Positions 1 to 11,752 of a stretch of DNA of 64,000 bases are shown in pieces. The stretch comes from Mobula birostris (lineage: Eukaryota), in the NCBI RefSeq assembly GCF_030028105.1, contig NC_092379.1:46982150-47046149 (forward strand), in the 5' to 3' direction. The notes under the pieces are model-generated. The model was given only the letters and a program-made list of their open reading frames with translations. It was not told where the DNA came from and did not search any database. Position 1 is the stretch's first letter; the number at the start of each line of letters is the position of its first letter. The position numbers were made by a program, and so were the translations under genes.

Positions 1-420
1 CAGTTGATGTTTTAGGATGAGACTCTTCATCAGGACTAGGGGAAAAAAGATAAGTCAGTAAGAAGGCGGGGGGGGGGGGTGGAGGAATTAATACAAGATG
101 GTAGGTGATAGGTGAAACCAGGAGAGAGGGAGGGGATGAAGTTAAGAGCTTTTCCATTTCCTGGTTTCACCTATTACCTACTCCCAACTCTATACTTCAC
201 CCCCTCCCCCGGTTTCACCAATCACCTACCACCTTGTGCTACTACTTCCCCTCTCGCCATCAACTTCATCTACCTTCTCTTTTTTCCAACTCCAATGAAG
301 GGTCTCGACCCAAAACGTACTCATTACTTTCCATAAATGCTGCTTGGCCTGCTGAGTTCCTCCAGCATTTTATATGTGTCGCTTTGGATTTCCAGCATCT
401 GCAGATTTTCTCGTGTTTGT
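1..420. mobile_element. Penelope-like retroelement terminal fragment
   Basis: Contains gctgcttggcctgctgagttcctccagcatttt, which recurs next to GIY-YIG-coding remnants elsewhere (47960-48020, 49150-49200, 60700-60830). Confidence 0.6.
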
Positions 421-759
421 GGACAAGAGGGATTTTACAGCTATTGTGAATAATAATGAGTAAATAAGGCATGCAATCATTGCAGAATTGTCAGAAAATA
501 TTTCAATTTTTGAAATAAATTAGACACTTAGCGTCAATACCCTCAAAGCAAGCTTGTGAGACTCCTGAGAGTACAGAGACTAGACACTACAGATGCTGGA
601 ACACAGAAACATATAGCTCAGAAACCCATTTGACCCTTATACAATCTGTTTAGCAATCTAATCACGCTATGAATAGTCATAATACATTTCCAAACTGGTC
701 ATTTGAATTCGGCTGAAAATTACTTTACAGATTAAGTTCAGTCGTTACTGCTTTATTTA

Positions 760-1190
760 TAGTTTGCGGAATATTGCTGTGGCTAAACGCTTAAGAGATG
801 GCGGCATAAGAACCCACAATTCTCTTCAGCACAGCAATGGTTCTATACAGTGCTCGTATACCTACCGCATGCTCACCAGGACCGCGGTGCAGAGCGATGA
901 TTTTTGTTTGTGCAGCGCAGAATTAGAAGCGGTAGCAGGAAAGGAGAACTACACCGACTCACCGTCTGGCTCTGATCAAAGGTGGGCTCTACTTCCCGGA
1001 GCCGAGTCCGCACGTGTGATCCTCTTTATTTCAATAGGGTTCCGTTTACGCCGCAGAGCATTCTGGGTAGCGATAACCACCATTTTAAGCGTAATAATTC
1101 ATATATTCAAGTTTGATTTGCTAGGCCGATATTTTAGGCGGGGCAACAGATTATGTTTAACTGCCCCGCACCGCCTCGCCATTCTTGTAA
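760..1190 (-). promoter_or_regulatory. CpG-island promoter with a probable non-coding first exon of a minus-strand gene lying left of the window
   Basis: CpG-rich. ZNF143/Staf-type site TACCCAGAATGCTCTGCG (1069-1052, -). Strong donor CG|GTGAGT with GT at 962-961. YY1-type GCCGCCATCT at 805-796. Confidence 0.6.
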
Positions 1191-1329
1191 TTGTTTCCTC
1201 TATTGAAATTTTTTTTCTCTATTTATATATACAGCGTGGAGAAGGCCATTCCAGCCCTTAAAGCCACGCCACCAGCAATCACCGATTTAACCCTAGCCTA
1301 TTCACGGGGCAATTTGAGGGGTTTTTTTC

Positions 1330-1570
1330 ATCTAACTCCCTAAATTCACTTTTCAGGGTCCCAAACCTTTCCCTACCTCATCATTGGTGCCAACATGTGC
1401 CTGGGTCTGCTAAGACTCCCCCTTTAAAATGTCATGGACCCCTCCCGAGACGTCCTTTTCCCTGGCACCTGGGAGGCAATACCTGGATGTCTCTTTCACG
1501 CCCACAGAATCTCGTGTCGTCTCCTCTAACCAAGGAATCCCTCATCACTACTGCAGTCCTCTTCTCTCTT
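1330..1570 (-). mobile_element. CR1 LINE ORF1 (SGNH esterase-like) fragment
   Basis: Translation AVVMRDSLVRGDDTRFCGRERD resembles the CR1 ORF1 motif GDSIVRGTDRRFCG. Confidence 0.7.
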
Positions 1571-1629
1571 GGATAGGTGGATCCAAGTGATAAGGGGTGA
1601 TAGGCATATGTAAGAGGATTTAATAGAAA

Positions 1630-1885
1630 TAGTGAACTATACAAGTGTCGTGTGAAATGTGATTGAATGTCAAGCACAATCCTTTGGAACCTTCACACAA
1701 GGGAGAATCCATTAATTTGTTCTGACTGTGGGGATTCACTTGTTTGTCCCAAATATGCCCACCAATGAGTTTATATTGTGGAGAGATTATTCACTTGATC
1801 CAGCTATGGAGATTCACTTAATTATCCAACTTTTTAAAGACACCAACTTGTTTACACTGAACACATTTAAATGTCTGAATTACCT
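1630..1885 (+). pseudogene. Fossil C2H2 zinc-finger array (about 3 decayed fingers)
   Basis: cacacaagggagaatccattaatttgttctgactgtggg reads HTRENPLICSDCG. It is followed by ggattcact, caccaa, gagagattattcact and agacaccaacttgtttacactga (RHQLVYT), with stops and indels. Confidence 0.65.
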
Positions 1886-2386
1886 GAAAAAAATCTAAAC
1901 GCATAAATGGCATTTTTGAAGCACCAATACCTTGTTCATCTGCTCCAAGCTTGGGGCAGTAAATATAATAAAAATTAATTTGCACGGTTTTACCATTCAT
2001 CTCATCCAGGACTGAACTAGCAAGCATGAAACTGGAGTATGCCCTCTTATTGTCAATATCTCTGGGATATTCTTAATACGTCAACTAAATCACCTTTATT
2101 GTAAATATAATTTGGAAAAACTGCAAAACAACTGGTTGTTCAATGTGTAGATTGCAAATTGGAGAAATGGGACTGCTGGGATTGCTTTACTAGAAGCTAA
2201 ATTGGATCTGATGGGCCAAATAATCTCTAGTATCACAGTACATTTAGGCTATAGTGAGAGGGTCATTTTATACCTTCAGTGACAGCAGGTTCTTACACAA
2301 GCAAATCTTGTGCCAGTTGAGAGAACCAGGAAGGCCAATGCAAATACAGGGAATACACTGAGATTCTGGGAAGATGTAAAACTACA

Positions 2387-2437
2387 ATGAATTCCCAACC
2401 GAATATGAAGCAGCAGACTTTAAACTTCCAGTTTAAA
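2387..2437 (+). CDS. Candidate first coding segment of a putative spliced gene hosting PRMT5 (MNSQPNMKQQTLNFQFK)
   Basis: Acceptor ttttataccttcag|2280, ATG at 2387 with A at -3, upstream in-frame TGA, phase-0 donor AAA|gtaatt. Confidence 0.3.
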
Positions 2438-2932
2438 GTAATTTTGGTAATTATTCAGCAAAGATTTAATGCACCTCTGTAATAATACCAAGCCGACAAT
2501 TTTATGGCACGTATAACCCCTTTCACATCACCAGTGTTATGGAAGTATGTTTGCTTTATATGGCTATAGAACAGTATTATGTTTTAATATATCCCCCTTG
2601 GATGATATGCAATTCATACTTTTTATTTCTTGTGCATTATGAAATGGGTCCTTTCGTTTGGTGTTTAGAAATCAAATTTCAATGATAAGTCAGTCAAAAG
2701 CAGTCTTCCCCACCACAAGTCAGAAACTACTTCTTAAAGAAATTAGTGAAAATCAAGATCTGTTATCATAAAAAGCTATTGTGGTAGACAGTCTGATTGA
2801 GAAATCTCCAAACAAGAGAGATAGAATTTGTCAGTTCATTATTTACAGTGATCTGTGTGTAAATTGAACAGTTGATATAATTAAATGGCAGAACTGGACA
2901 ACCTGTTCATTTTGCTTTGCTTTTGATTTCAG

Positions 2933-3037
2933 TTCCCTGAGCGAATTTTCCAATCAGAGCTCCCACAATGGAGCCCATACCCAGACTGCTCCCTCTCACC
3001 GCAACAGAAGCCCATGTACTACCCTGGACAGCCTGAG
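2933..3037 (+). CDS. Candidate 105-nt internal exon (FPERIFQSELPQWSPYPDCSLSPQQKPMYYPGQPE)
   Basis: Strong acceptor ttttgctttgcttttgatttcag| and strong donor GAG|gtgagc. Length divisible by 3, open frame, non-repetitive sequence. Confidence 0.5.
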
Positions 3038-3229
3038 GTGAGCTTGCATAACCAAAAAAAATTTTCAAGCTCCCACAGTTATAAGGGTCCCTGGTTCCTC
3101 TTTCCACAGATGCTGTGAAAGTGACTCTCTTCTAGCAATTTCTATTCTATTCCACATTCCAGCAGCTGCAGTTTTATTTAGGATCAATAAAAAGGCCTGG
3201 CCAGATACATTTGTGGTACATTTATCTAA

Positions 3230-3753
3230 TATTTAGGAGGCCATTCAATGCACTGAGTCTATACCAGTTATCAGAGCAATCCCATCTCCCCACTTGTTTC
3301 CCTGCAACCACTTCTCTTAGAGACGTCGTCATCTCCACCCAGATTCTCCTATCACCCATCTATGTTAGGGGTAATTTACAGTAGCCAATTTACCTACTTT
3401 CTGCCAGCCAGTGGTGTAGTGGCATCCGCACTGGACTTTGAGGTGAGTGGTCCCGGGTTCGAACCTGGCTGGCTCCTTGCACGTTTTCCACCTGGGCTGG
3501 GTTGAGCGTCGAGCTAGTTAACTCGGTCTCGTTAAAAAAAAGACAAAACTGGTAAAGAAGCGGAAAGGTTGCCGCCGATGTGACACAAAGGCGTGGAAAG
3601 GAGCAACAACAACTTGCCTACTTTGGGATACAGGAGGAAATTAGAGTACCTGGGGGAAATCCACATGAAATGGATAAATTCCATGTGGCATTGCAGGCCA
3701 AAATCAAACACGGCTTGCTGGAGCCGTGAAGCAGCACTGCACCGTGCTGCCCC
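3230..3753 (-). mobile_element. Decayed V-SINE (HE1-like), interrupted by a younger SINE
   Basis: Minus strand begins ggggcagcacggtg and contains V-domain-like gtggatttcccccaggtactctaatttcctcc and ggctactgtaaattacccct. Confidence 0.6.
3401..3616 (+). mobile_element. tRNA-derived SINE with (CAA)n tail
   Basis: A box tggtgtagtgg, B box ggttcgaacc, tail gcaacaacaac, target-site duplication cctacttt at 3393-3400 and 3617-3624. Confidence 0.8.
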
Positions 3754-3754
3754 T

Positions 3755-3760
3755 TTTATT
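3755..3760 (-). terminator. Probable PRMT5 polyadenylation signal AATAAA
   Basis: First AATAAA on the minus strand, about 265 nt after the stop codon. Confidence 0.55.
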
Positions 3761-4025
3761 TTTGGATTTAAAGACTTTAAAGAGCTTTGCAACAAAATCA
3801 GTTTAATGTCAGTAACACAATGCATCATCACATATCCAACTGGGAGCCTCCCATTTTATACTCCCACCCACCCTCCAGCATTGGTAAACACATCATTTTG
3901 ACCCCTCAACACAGATCACAGTTCAGCAGCACGAGATAGGAGCCAATCCTTGTCAACTACCCCACCTATTGAACATGCACACAGGTACAAGTGGAACACG
4001 TCCAAAACTGCCAACGGGCACCATG

Positions 4026-5915
4026 TCACAGGCCGATGGTGTATGATCTGCCAGTAGGGTTGTGGATGGCAGAACACTCTGGCGAGGTCACTGCCCACTC
4101 ATACCACACCTTCTTGGGATTGGCACACCTCCAGAAGCGGGCACACACCGTCTCCCCTGCCTTCACAGGAATGGGTTGCTTCAGGGGGAAGAGGATGGGG
4201 AACCAGGAGTACATGCCCGGGGAGTGAGTCTCTGGGCGGATGCTCAGCGTCACCTCCTTGTACAGAGTGGTCTCAAAGTAGCCGGCAAACCCGTGCAGCA
4301 CAGTATTCAGCTTGATGTCAAACTCCAGGCACTTGTAGCGGTTGTTGTTGAAGACACCCCTGTTAGGGTGTGTGAAAGTGAAGCAGGGCTGAGGAGCAGC
4401 CAGCTGGTGGAAATTGTGCAGTCGAACCACATAGGGCATTTCAAACTGAGCCTCCGGGTCGCGGTCCTTCTCTCTGCTGGCGCGCACCTCGTTGTAAAGC
4501 TTGGACGAGGAGATGGGAGCGAGGAAAGAGGTGTACTGGCTGGGTATGCTTACTCCATCCTCCTTCAGGAACCTCTGCGCTCCATCCAAGCATTCTGGCG
4601 ACAGCTCGTTGTCTCCAAAGGAGCCCAGCAGCTCGCTAACGATGATGTCTGCCTTCACGGGCGCCTGCCAGTCCCTCATATCAGAGGAGACCACTGTCAC
4701 CTGGTCCCCCCACTCCTCATACTTCCAGTTCTGAAGCGTGACGACAGCATTGATGTTCTTCTCAATGGCGAACACTTTAATCTTCCGGTCAGCCTGTCGG
4801 GCAGCTCGCAGAGAGGCATTGACCAGGGGGCCCCGGCCCGCTCCCAGAACCATCAGGATATGAACGTTTGTGTCCTTCTCACTCTCCGGGATCCTGTCCA
4901 GCAGACACCTGTAGACAGCCTGTTGGTACTGCGAGTATTTGATCGGGTCTTTCTCGAAAATCTCGTAGGTCTGAGACTCCAAGTTATCCATGAGGGGCTG
5001 TAACGGGCACTGCAGGTAGTCTTCGTATCCCTTGGCGTAGGTTTCGTACGAGTTGGGCGGGGGTCGGTGCTGGTTGAGATATTCGAGGTACTGCAGGTAA
5101 GAGCGGAACTCCTTATCCGAGTGACGGTTTGACCCAGTGATCACGAACTGCACCTCCAGCTTGAAGAACCGGTAGATCAGGTTCTGATGCATCTTGGACA
5201 GGACGGGGAAGCCCTTCTTGTTGGTCAGGAAGATGCTGGTGGGCAGCACGGCCGCCTTGATGGGCTCCCCGAGCCAGCGGTCGATGACAGCGTCGGACGG
5301 CAGATCTGGCCCGACCTCGAGGGCCAGCGCGATCCTCTTGTTGTAGTCGCACAAGGAGCGGAAATGGTGCCACCACAGCCAGGTCGTCTCCTCCTCGCTG
5401 CAGTCCTCCGAGCGCACCACCGGGTCATTCTCTACTAGGTCCTCCCGCATGTCCTCCCAGGAGATGAGCGGCACCCGGATCCAGAAGATCGTGGAGTGGT
5501 GTCCGGTCAGCAGGTGGTTGATCAGCACCCTTGCCAAGTTACTGTTGTTCATCTGCTGCAGCGGCAGTAGGAACGCGGGGACACCGAGGTAGGCCGCAAA
5601 GTTCAGCTCCTGCAGCAGGGCCTCTTCCGAGTTTCTCCTCACCTGCTCGTCCTCTGAGTCCGCCTGTATCCATGGCGACAGCTTGCCCACGATGAGCGTG
5701 TTCCAGTCCCGGCCAGACAGCAACAGATCGGAGCGGGTCAGGGCCGCCGGCCGGTCCTTAGCCGGCCCCGCGCAGAACTCCCTCCTGAAGCGGGGGTGCA
5801 CGATGGGCATGCAGAGGAAATCGAATCCCTGCCCACCCGCTGTACCTAGGCTCTCCCCGACGTCTGGAACTGCATTCACATCGCGACCACTCGACACACG
5901 CGTCCCTGCCGCCAT
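4026..5915 (-). CDS. PRMT5: Protein arginine N-methyltransferase 5, single-exon, 629 aa
   Basis: N-terminal RVSSGRD and [11 protein letters not shown] motif [10 protein letters not shown], double-E loop [28 protein letters not shown] loop, C-terminal RSYTIGL. Start ATG at 5915 in strong Kozak context (aagATGg); the ORF-track start at 5954 is a TTG. Confidence 0.97.
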   Translation of the reverse strand: MAAGTRVSSGRDVNAVPDVGESLGTAGGQGFDFLCMPIVHPRFRREFCAGPAKDRPAALTRSDLLLSGRDWNTLIVGKLSPWIQADSEDEQVRRNSEEALLQELNFAAYLGVPAFLLPLQQMNNSNLARVLINHLLTGHHSTIFWIRVPLISWEDMREDLVENDPVVRSEDCSEEETTWLWWHHFRSLCDYNKRIALALEVGPDLPSDAVIDRWLGEPIKAAVLPTSIFLTNKKGFPVLSKMHQNLIYRFFKLEVQFVITGSNRHSDKEFRSYLQYLEYLNQHRPPPNSYETYAKGYEDYLQCPLQPLMDNLESQTYEIFEKDPIKYSQYQQAVYRCLLDRIPESEKDTNVHILMVLGAGRGPLVNASLRAARQADRKIKVFAIEKNINAVVTLQNWKYEEWGDQVTVVSSDMRDWQAPVKADIIVSELLGSFGDNELSPECLDGAQRFLKEDGVSIPSQYTSFLAPISSSKLYNEVRASREKDRDPEAQFEMPYVVRLHNFHQLAAPQPCFTFTHPNRGVFNNNRYKCLEFDIKLNTVLHGFAGYFETTLYKEVTLSIRPETHSPGMYSWFPILFPLKQPIPVKAGETVCARFWRCANPKKVWYEWAVTSPECSAIHNPTGRSYTIGL

Positions 5916-5944
5916 CTTCAACCGGAGGAGTTGCTTGGTGGCGT

Positions 5945-6200
5945 AGTCCGCCAATAAACAGCGGGGGTCGGCTCAAATCCTACCAATCAACGACGAGAGA
6001 TGGAGTCTCCACCAGTCAATGGCAGACAACGGATAACCCAGTCATCGGCGGCGGGCGACAGGCTCCACCAATCAGCGACGGGCAGCTGCGACGTTCGTCA
6101 ATCAACAACGAGCGAAAGACTCTTAGCCAATCAGCGTCGTTCTCAAGGAATAAATCCCTCCCAGTAACATGAAAAGAGCAGAAACGGCGGACGCCGGATC
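5945..6200. promoter_or_regulatory. PRMT5 promoter with phased CCAAT (NF-Y-type) box array
   Basis: CCAAT or one-mismatch boxes at 5951, 5983, 6012, 6038, 6068, 6098 and 6127 within a CpG island that extends into the CDS. Confidence 0.75.
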
Positions 6201-7110
6201 CGAGAAAAGGCAGTAAATACTGGAGACGGTTATCAGTTCAGGCAATAACTTTGAGAAGAGTATCGGCATCATGGAGAATATAGCACAGATTGGCCCGTCG
6301 TCCCATTTTCCTGTGTCTGGTCTATATCCTTTTCTATTCATGTATCTGCGCAAATGTTTTAAACATTGTAATTGTACCCGGCGCTGCAGCTTTCTCTCGC
6401 AGGCCATCCAGCAACCTCTGTGAGAAAAAGCTGCTCCCCGTGGCCTTTTTAAACTTTTCCCCTCTTACATTAAACGTATGTCCCTTTATCTTTGAGGGAA
6501 CTGTTCTGGGGAAAAGGCCATTTAACTGAAGTCCTCCAATCCTAGTAACATTCTTGTGAATCTTCTCCGGAAATTATCTAACCTTTCCAATAGCTGGATG
6601 ACCCAAACTACACAGAAAACTCCAAGTGTGGTCGCCAATGGCTTGTCCGGTTGCAACATGAAGTCCCATTGCCTGTACAGTACTCAGTGGCCTGATCAAT
6701 GGAGGCAGGCATGCCAAATGCCTTCTTCTCCGACCAGCATTAGACAATCTTGAATCTTGTCCATGCTGGCCACAATGCTTGCTCTTATTTGCCTGCATTC
6801 GACCCATACTTCTCTATGCCTTCCTACTTCTCCGAATGCCCTTTAAACATTGTAATTAAATCTGCATACACCACTTCCTCTGGCAAATGGTCCCATCAAA
6901 CCAGTCCCCTCCATATGAAAAACCTACCTTCCAGATCTACTTTAAAAATATCCCTCCTTACGCCGGTGCCTCCTAGTTCTGGCCTCACGGTTGGACAATG
7001 ACTCTCGATTAACAGACGGATCCATGGGGCAGATGACCTGTTTCAAGGCACCTGAGGCCCTTCAGATACACTGCACCCAAGTCCTGTTTTTTCTCTGCCC
7101 TGTTCATCAG

Positions 7111-7377
7111 CCAGCCAGTTATGCTTACCCCAGTGATGACATCCTACTCCCTCAAAGCCCAATCCAACCCTTGAGATCCAAATCACAGCCCTTCCTGATG
7201 CTCTTGGGCTCCTACTCCCACCCCAGGGCACATGTTATTAAGCTTAATCATGTAAGGCCTAGAACCACAGTGAATGGGTGCCTTGGACATCAGCCACAAT
7301 ACCATTTTGCAGCAAAGAATGTCAAGAGAGAAACATATGTGGTTCCTCAGATATCCAAAAGAGTATGGATCCAATAA
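7111..7377 (+). CDS. Candidate terminal exon of the putative host gene (PASYAYPSDD...KRVWIQ*)
   Basis: Acceptor ttttttctctgccctgttcatcag|, phase 0, 88 open codons, TAA overlapping AATAAA at 7373-7378. Confidence 0.4.
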   Translation, partial: PASYAYPSDDILLPQSPIQPLRSKSQPFLMLLGSYSHPRAHVIKLNHVRPRTTVNGCLGHQPQYHFAAKNVKRETYVVPQISKRVWIQ

Positions 7378-8009
7378 ACTAACAATAATTCCAGCTAAAT
7401 GTTCAGTGGACTCAGAGAGAGGAAAGGGACACCAAAGGACTCTCACCTAGGACTGGAGGTGAAAGTATCCCTATTCCACCCTCACTTGTGGCTGGATGAA
7501 ACTCGCCATGGAATGAAAGGCTGAGACTAGCCCAGAAGAATAGCTGATGGCCCTAACGGAAACAAAGATTCAGACAGAGGTGTGAAGTTACAAATGTCTT
7601 AATAGCAAACAGGTCATTAATTAGTCTTCCTGTGAAATCAGAACTTGACAAATTGTCTTTGGCATAAAGATGATGTGTTGATAAAATATAAAAGTATTAA
7701 TCATCATTCTAATGAGGGAATCATCAACCGTAGCAAAAACAAGTGAAAGAACAAAGACGATTAACAGCAGAAATACTTTTAACGGAAAGCTTGCTAGTGA
7801 ATCAATAGACTGCAGTACTGAGCAAATCCCTTCCCACACATAGAACGGGGTAGCACAGGAACAGGCCTGGAGCTCACAATATAAGCAGGATATCAAATTC
7901 ACTTCTACCTGCACATGCTCTATATCTCACCATTCCCTGCATATTAAGGGACCCGCCCAAAAGCCTCTTGAACATCACTGTTATATCTATTCCCATTACC
8001 ACCCCTGGC

Positions 8010-8830
8010 AGCATCAGGTTTAATATGACTGGCATACATGTATCATGAAATTTGTTGTTTTGTGGCAAAAGTACATTCCAGCATATAACAATAATAAAAT
8101 AAACTATAAATTACAATAAGTATATATAAAAATTAAATTAAATAAATAGTGCAAAGAAAGAGGAAAAAAGTGAGGTAGTGTTCATGGGTTCATTGTCCAC
8201 TCAGAAATCAGATGGGGGAGGGGAAGAAGATGACCCTGAAATGTCGAGAGTGTGTCTTCAGTCTCCTGTACCTCCTCCTTGATGGCAGCAATGAGGAGAG
8301 GGCATGTCCTGGGTGATGGGGGTCCCAAATGATGGATGCCTCCTTTTTGAGGCGTTGTCTTTTGAAGGGGTCCTCAAAGTTGAGAAACCTAGTGCCCATC
8401 ATGGAGCTTTTTTTTTGATACTGTATAGTGGCCCCTCCATACCAGGCAACCAGTTCAAGTGCTCTCTACGGTACATCTGTAGAAATTTGTGAATGTCTTT
8501 GGTGACATATGAAGTTTCCCCAGACTCCTGGTAAAATATAGCCACTGTTGTGCATTCTTTGTAATTGTATCAATATGTTGGGCCCAGAATAGATCTCCAG
8601 AGATGCTGTCACCCAGGTACTTGAAACTTCTTACCCTTTCCACTGTTGATCCCTCAACGAAGAACTGATATCTAGTGTGTGTTCCTTCGACTCCCCTTCC
8701 CGAAGTCCACAATCAATTCCTTGGTCTTACTGACATTGAGTGCAAGGTTGTTATTGTGACAGCAACCAGCTGATCTATCTTGCTCCTATACACCTCCATG
8801 TCGATATCTGAAATCCAGACAACAAACACT
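8010..8830 (-). mobile_element. Rex1-type LINE 3' fragment
   Basis: Remnants VERVRSFKYLG and FYRCTVES; 3' UTR like the copies at 16940-19035 and 57225-58015. Confidence 0.85.
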
Positions 8831-8869
8831 GCGTACAAAATCCTGCCAGGAAATCGTCTCTTATTATAA

Positions 8870-11210
8870 ATGCATGTCCTCTGGTATTTGACAGGAAAAA
8901 GATTCTGACTGGCTTTCTCATCTATGTCTCTCATGGAATTAGGAACTTCTGTCTGGTCTCCCTTCAGTCTCAAATGCTCCATACCAGTGAACCCCTTCTA
9001 TATCCTGTCCAGAGCCTCCACATCCTTCCTAATGGGGCAACCAGAACTACACAGAAAATTACATTCCAGGTTCAGTCTAATCAATGTCTCATACAGTTGC
9101 AACACGACTTCCTGACTCTTCCACCAGTGTGCTGACTTATGAAGGTAACCATGCCATACACATATTTTACCACTTTATCTGCTTATGTTGTTACTTTCAG
9201 GAAGCTATGGTCTTGGACAACAAGATCCCTCTGTACATCAATAGTGTTCAGCATCCTGTTGTTAACTGTATACTCTCACCTTATACTTAACCTCGCAAAG
9301 TCCAATACCAAGCACTTGCCCAGGATAAATTCCGCCTGTCATTTCTCCACCCATTATCTCTAACTGATATGTATCCTTTGACAACGTTCTTCACTGTATG
9401 CAACTCCTCCAGTTGTTGTGTCATCAGTAAATTTACCACCCAACCCATTTCATCCAAGTCATTCATTACAAACAACAGAGACTCCAACACTGATTCCCAT
9501 GGAATGACACTGCTCACAGACCTCAGTCTGAATGTCACCCACCCACCACTAACCTTTGGGCAAGCAAGTTCTGATTCAATCCACCAAGTTACCATGAATC
9601 CCATATATCTAAATCCTCCAGATCAGCCTACCTTGATGGACCGTGTACAGTGCAATCCACTGTCCTACCCTCAACAAACACTTTTGTCACCTCAAAAATA
9701 GTCAATCAAATTTGTCAGACATGACCTGCTTCAGCCATGCTGACTGTCCCTAATTAGCCCATGCTTTTCCAAATGTGACTGAATTCTGACCCTAAGAATC
9801 CTCTCCAATAACCTCCCTTGCACTGCTGTCGCTCACCGGCCTATAATTCCTTAGATTATCCATATTTCCCTTCTAAAACAAAGGAAGAACAGTGGTTATT
9901 CTCCAGTACTCTGGGACCTCACCTGTGCCTAGAAAGGATACAAAAGTCTTCCTGACGGCCCCGGTAATCTCCTCTCTCTTGCCACTCTCAATAACCTGAG
10001 ATAGATCCCATCGGGCCTTGGAGACTTATCCACCTCAATGTTTTTCACAAGACCAAATACCACCTCCTTCTTATTCTCAGAATGACCTACGATACAAATA
10101 TAGATGAGCTGATCCCATTATCCTCCATGCCCTTCTCCTTGGTACATACAGATGCAAAGTATTCATTAAATACCTCATCCACATCCTCGTGCTCCAAGCA
10201 TAAATTCCTTCCTTTTTCCTTGAGTAGTCCTACCCTCTCCCAAGTTATCCTCTTGCTTTTAATGCATGTAAGATGCCCTGGGTTCTGCTTAATCTTACTC
10301 ATCAAGGATATGTCATGTCTCCTTTTGGCCCTCCGAAATCCGTGCTTGAGTTCTCGCTAGCTTCCTTTGTATTCCTCAAAGACCCTGACTGACTTCAGCT
10401 TCCTAAATTTTACATATGCTTCCATTTACTTTTGACTAACTGGAACGTGCTTCTCCTGAACCGTGGTCAGCCGGATTTGAACCAACTCCGACATTCTGAT
10501 GTGGACTTGCTCAATAGCAGCTATTCCCAATTTATTCTCTCTAGCTTCTGCCTAATAATATTACGATTTACCCTCCCAACTTTCTAACGTGGTGCAGACT
10601 TACCTTTACTTTTAACTATCTTAAAATTAAAGAGACGTGATCATTGCTTCCCAGGTCTCTCACTGAAATGCCAGTCACGCAACCAAGCTCATTTCCCAAA
10701 ACAAGTTTCTGCAATGTCCATTATCTAACCAGACTATTCACAGTTTTAGGAAACCCTTGTGAATGCACAACAAATTCCACCCCTTCTAGTCCTTTGGTAC
10801 TAAGGAATTCCCTCAATATTAAAGTCACCTACTTCTGCAACGCTGCTGCCTTTATATCTTTCATAACCTGTCAACATGTCTGTCCCTGTACCTCCTGGTG
10901 ATTATTGTGTGGCCTATATTACAACCCATCAGTCTGATGTCACCTTTCCCATTTTTGAGCTCCACCCATAACTATCAAAAGACCCCCCCCCCAAATTTAG
11001 TATAATCAGCAAACTTGTTAGTCATGTCAAGGACATTCATATCCAAGCCATTTACATAATTCACTGACCCATGAGGTACCTCACTAGTCACAGGCCTATC
11101 CTTCTACTCCTGGACTCACTGGAATGCTGCACCAGGAGTAATCTAGAGATCACTACCCTCCAGGTCCTGCATTTTCATTTCTTGCCCAACTCCCTATACT
11201 CAGTCTGCAG
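8870..11210 (-). mobile_element. Decayed CR1 LINE
   Basis: VFNEYFASV, SVIPWESVLESLLF (GVPQGSVLGP equivalent), ORF1 remnant near 11100-11200. Confidence 0.85.
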
Positions 11211-11369
11211 GTACAAAGGGAATGATGAGATATGGGTTTAGCATACCAAAATGACACTGAGAAACTGTAAACGGTCAACCATTATTGAATGGTAGTACAG
11301 TAAAGAGGTGCTGAATGGCCCACGCCTCTGTTTGTTTTGATCTTAATGTTTTCACTAAGGAGCTGTTGG

Positions 11370-11752
11370 CACGTGGCCAAGTGGTTAAGGTGTTCGTCTA
11401 GTAATCTGAAGGTCGCTAGTTCGAGCCTTGGCTGAGGCAGCGTGTTGTGTCCTTGAGCAAGGCACTTAACCACACATTGCTCTGCGACGACACTGGTGCC
11501 AAGCTGTATGGGTCCTAATGCCCTTCCCTTGGACAACATCAGTGGTGTGGAGAGGGGAGACTTGCAGCATGGGCAACTTCTGGTCTTCCATACAACCCTG
11601 CCCAGGCCTGTGCCCTGGAAACCTCCCAAGGCACAAGTCCATGGTCTCACGAGACTAACGGATGCCTATAAAAGATGGGAACATGCCCAACAAGCCCACG
11701 GTGCACCATTACACCCAGGGGATCAATTAATCCACTAATGGATGCCTATTAT
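11370..11752 (+). mobile_element. tRNA-headed CORE-type SINE, tail type A
   Basis: A box tggccaagtgg, B box agttcgagcc, CORE-like gtgtccttgagcaaggcacttaacc, 14-bp TSD taaggagctgttgg at 11356-11369 and 11753-11766. Confidence 0.85.

Noticed and set aside
764-1261. 165-aa ORF over the CpG island
   Set aside because: TTG start, no motifs, overlaps promoter elements.
3401-3480. tRNA genes here and at 11370, 15775, 31455 and 34690
   Set aside because: A/B boxes continue into SINE bodies and tails, three of them with clear TSDs; these are SINE heads.
4062-5003. 313-aa ORF antisense to PRMT5
   Set aside because: Shadow ORF of GC-rich coding sequence with no recognisable motifs.
5916-5954. 13-aa N-terminal extension of PRMT5 in the ORF track
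   Set aside because: Starts at TTG. The ATG at 5915 has strong Kozak context and matches the known N-terminus.
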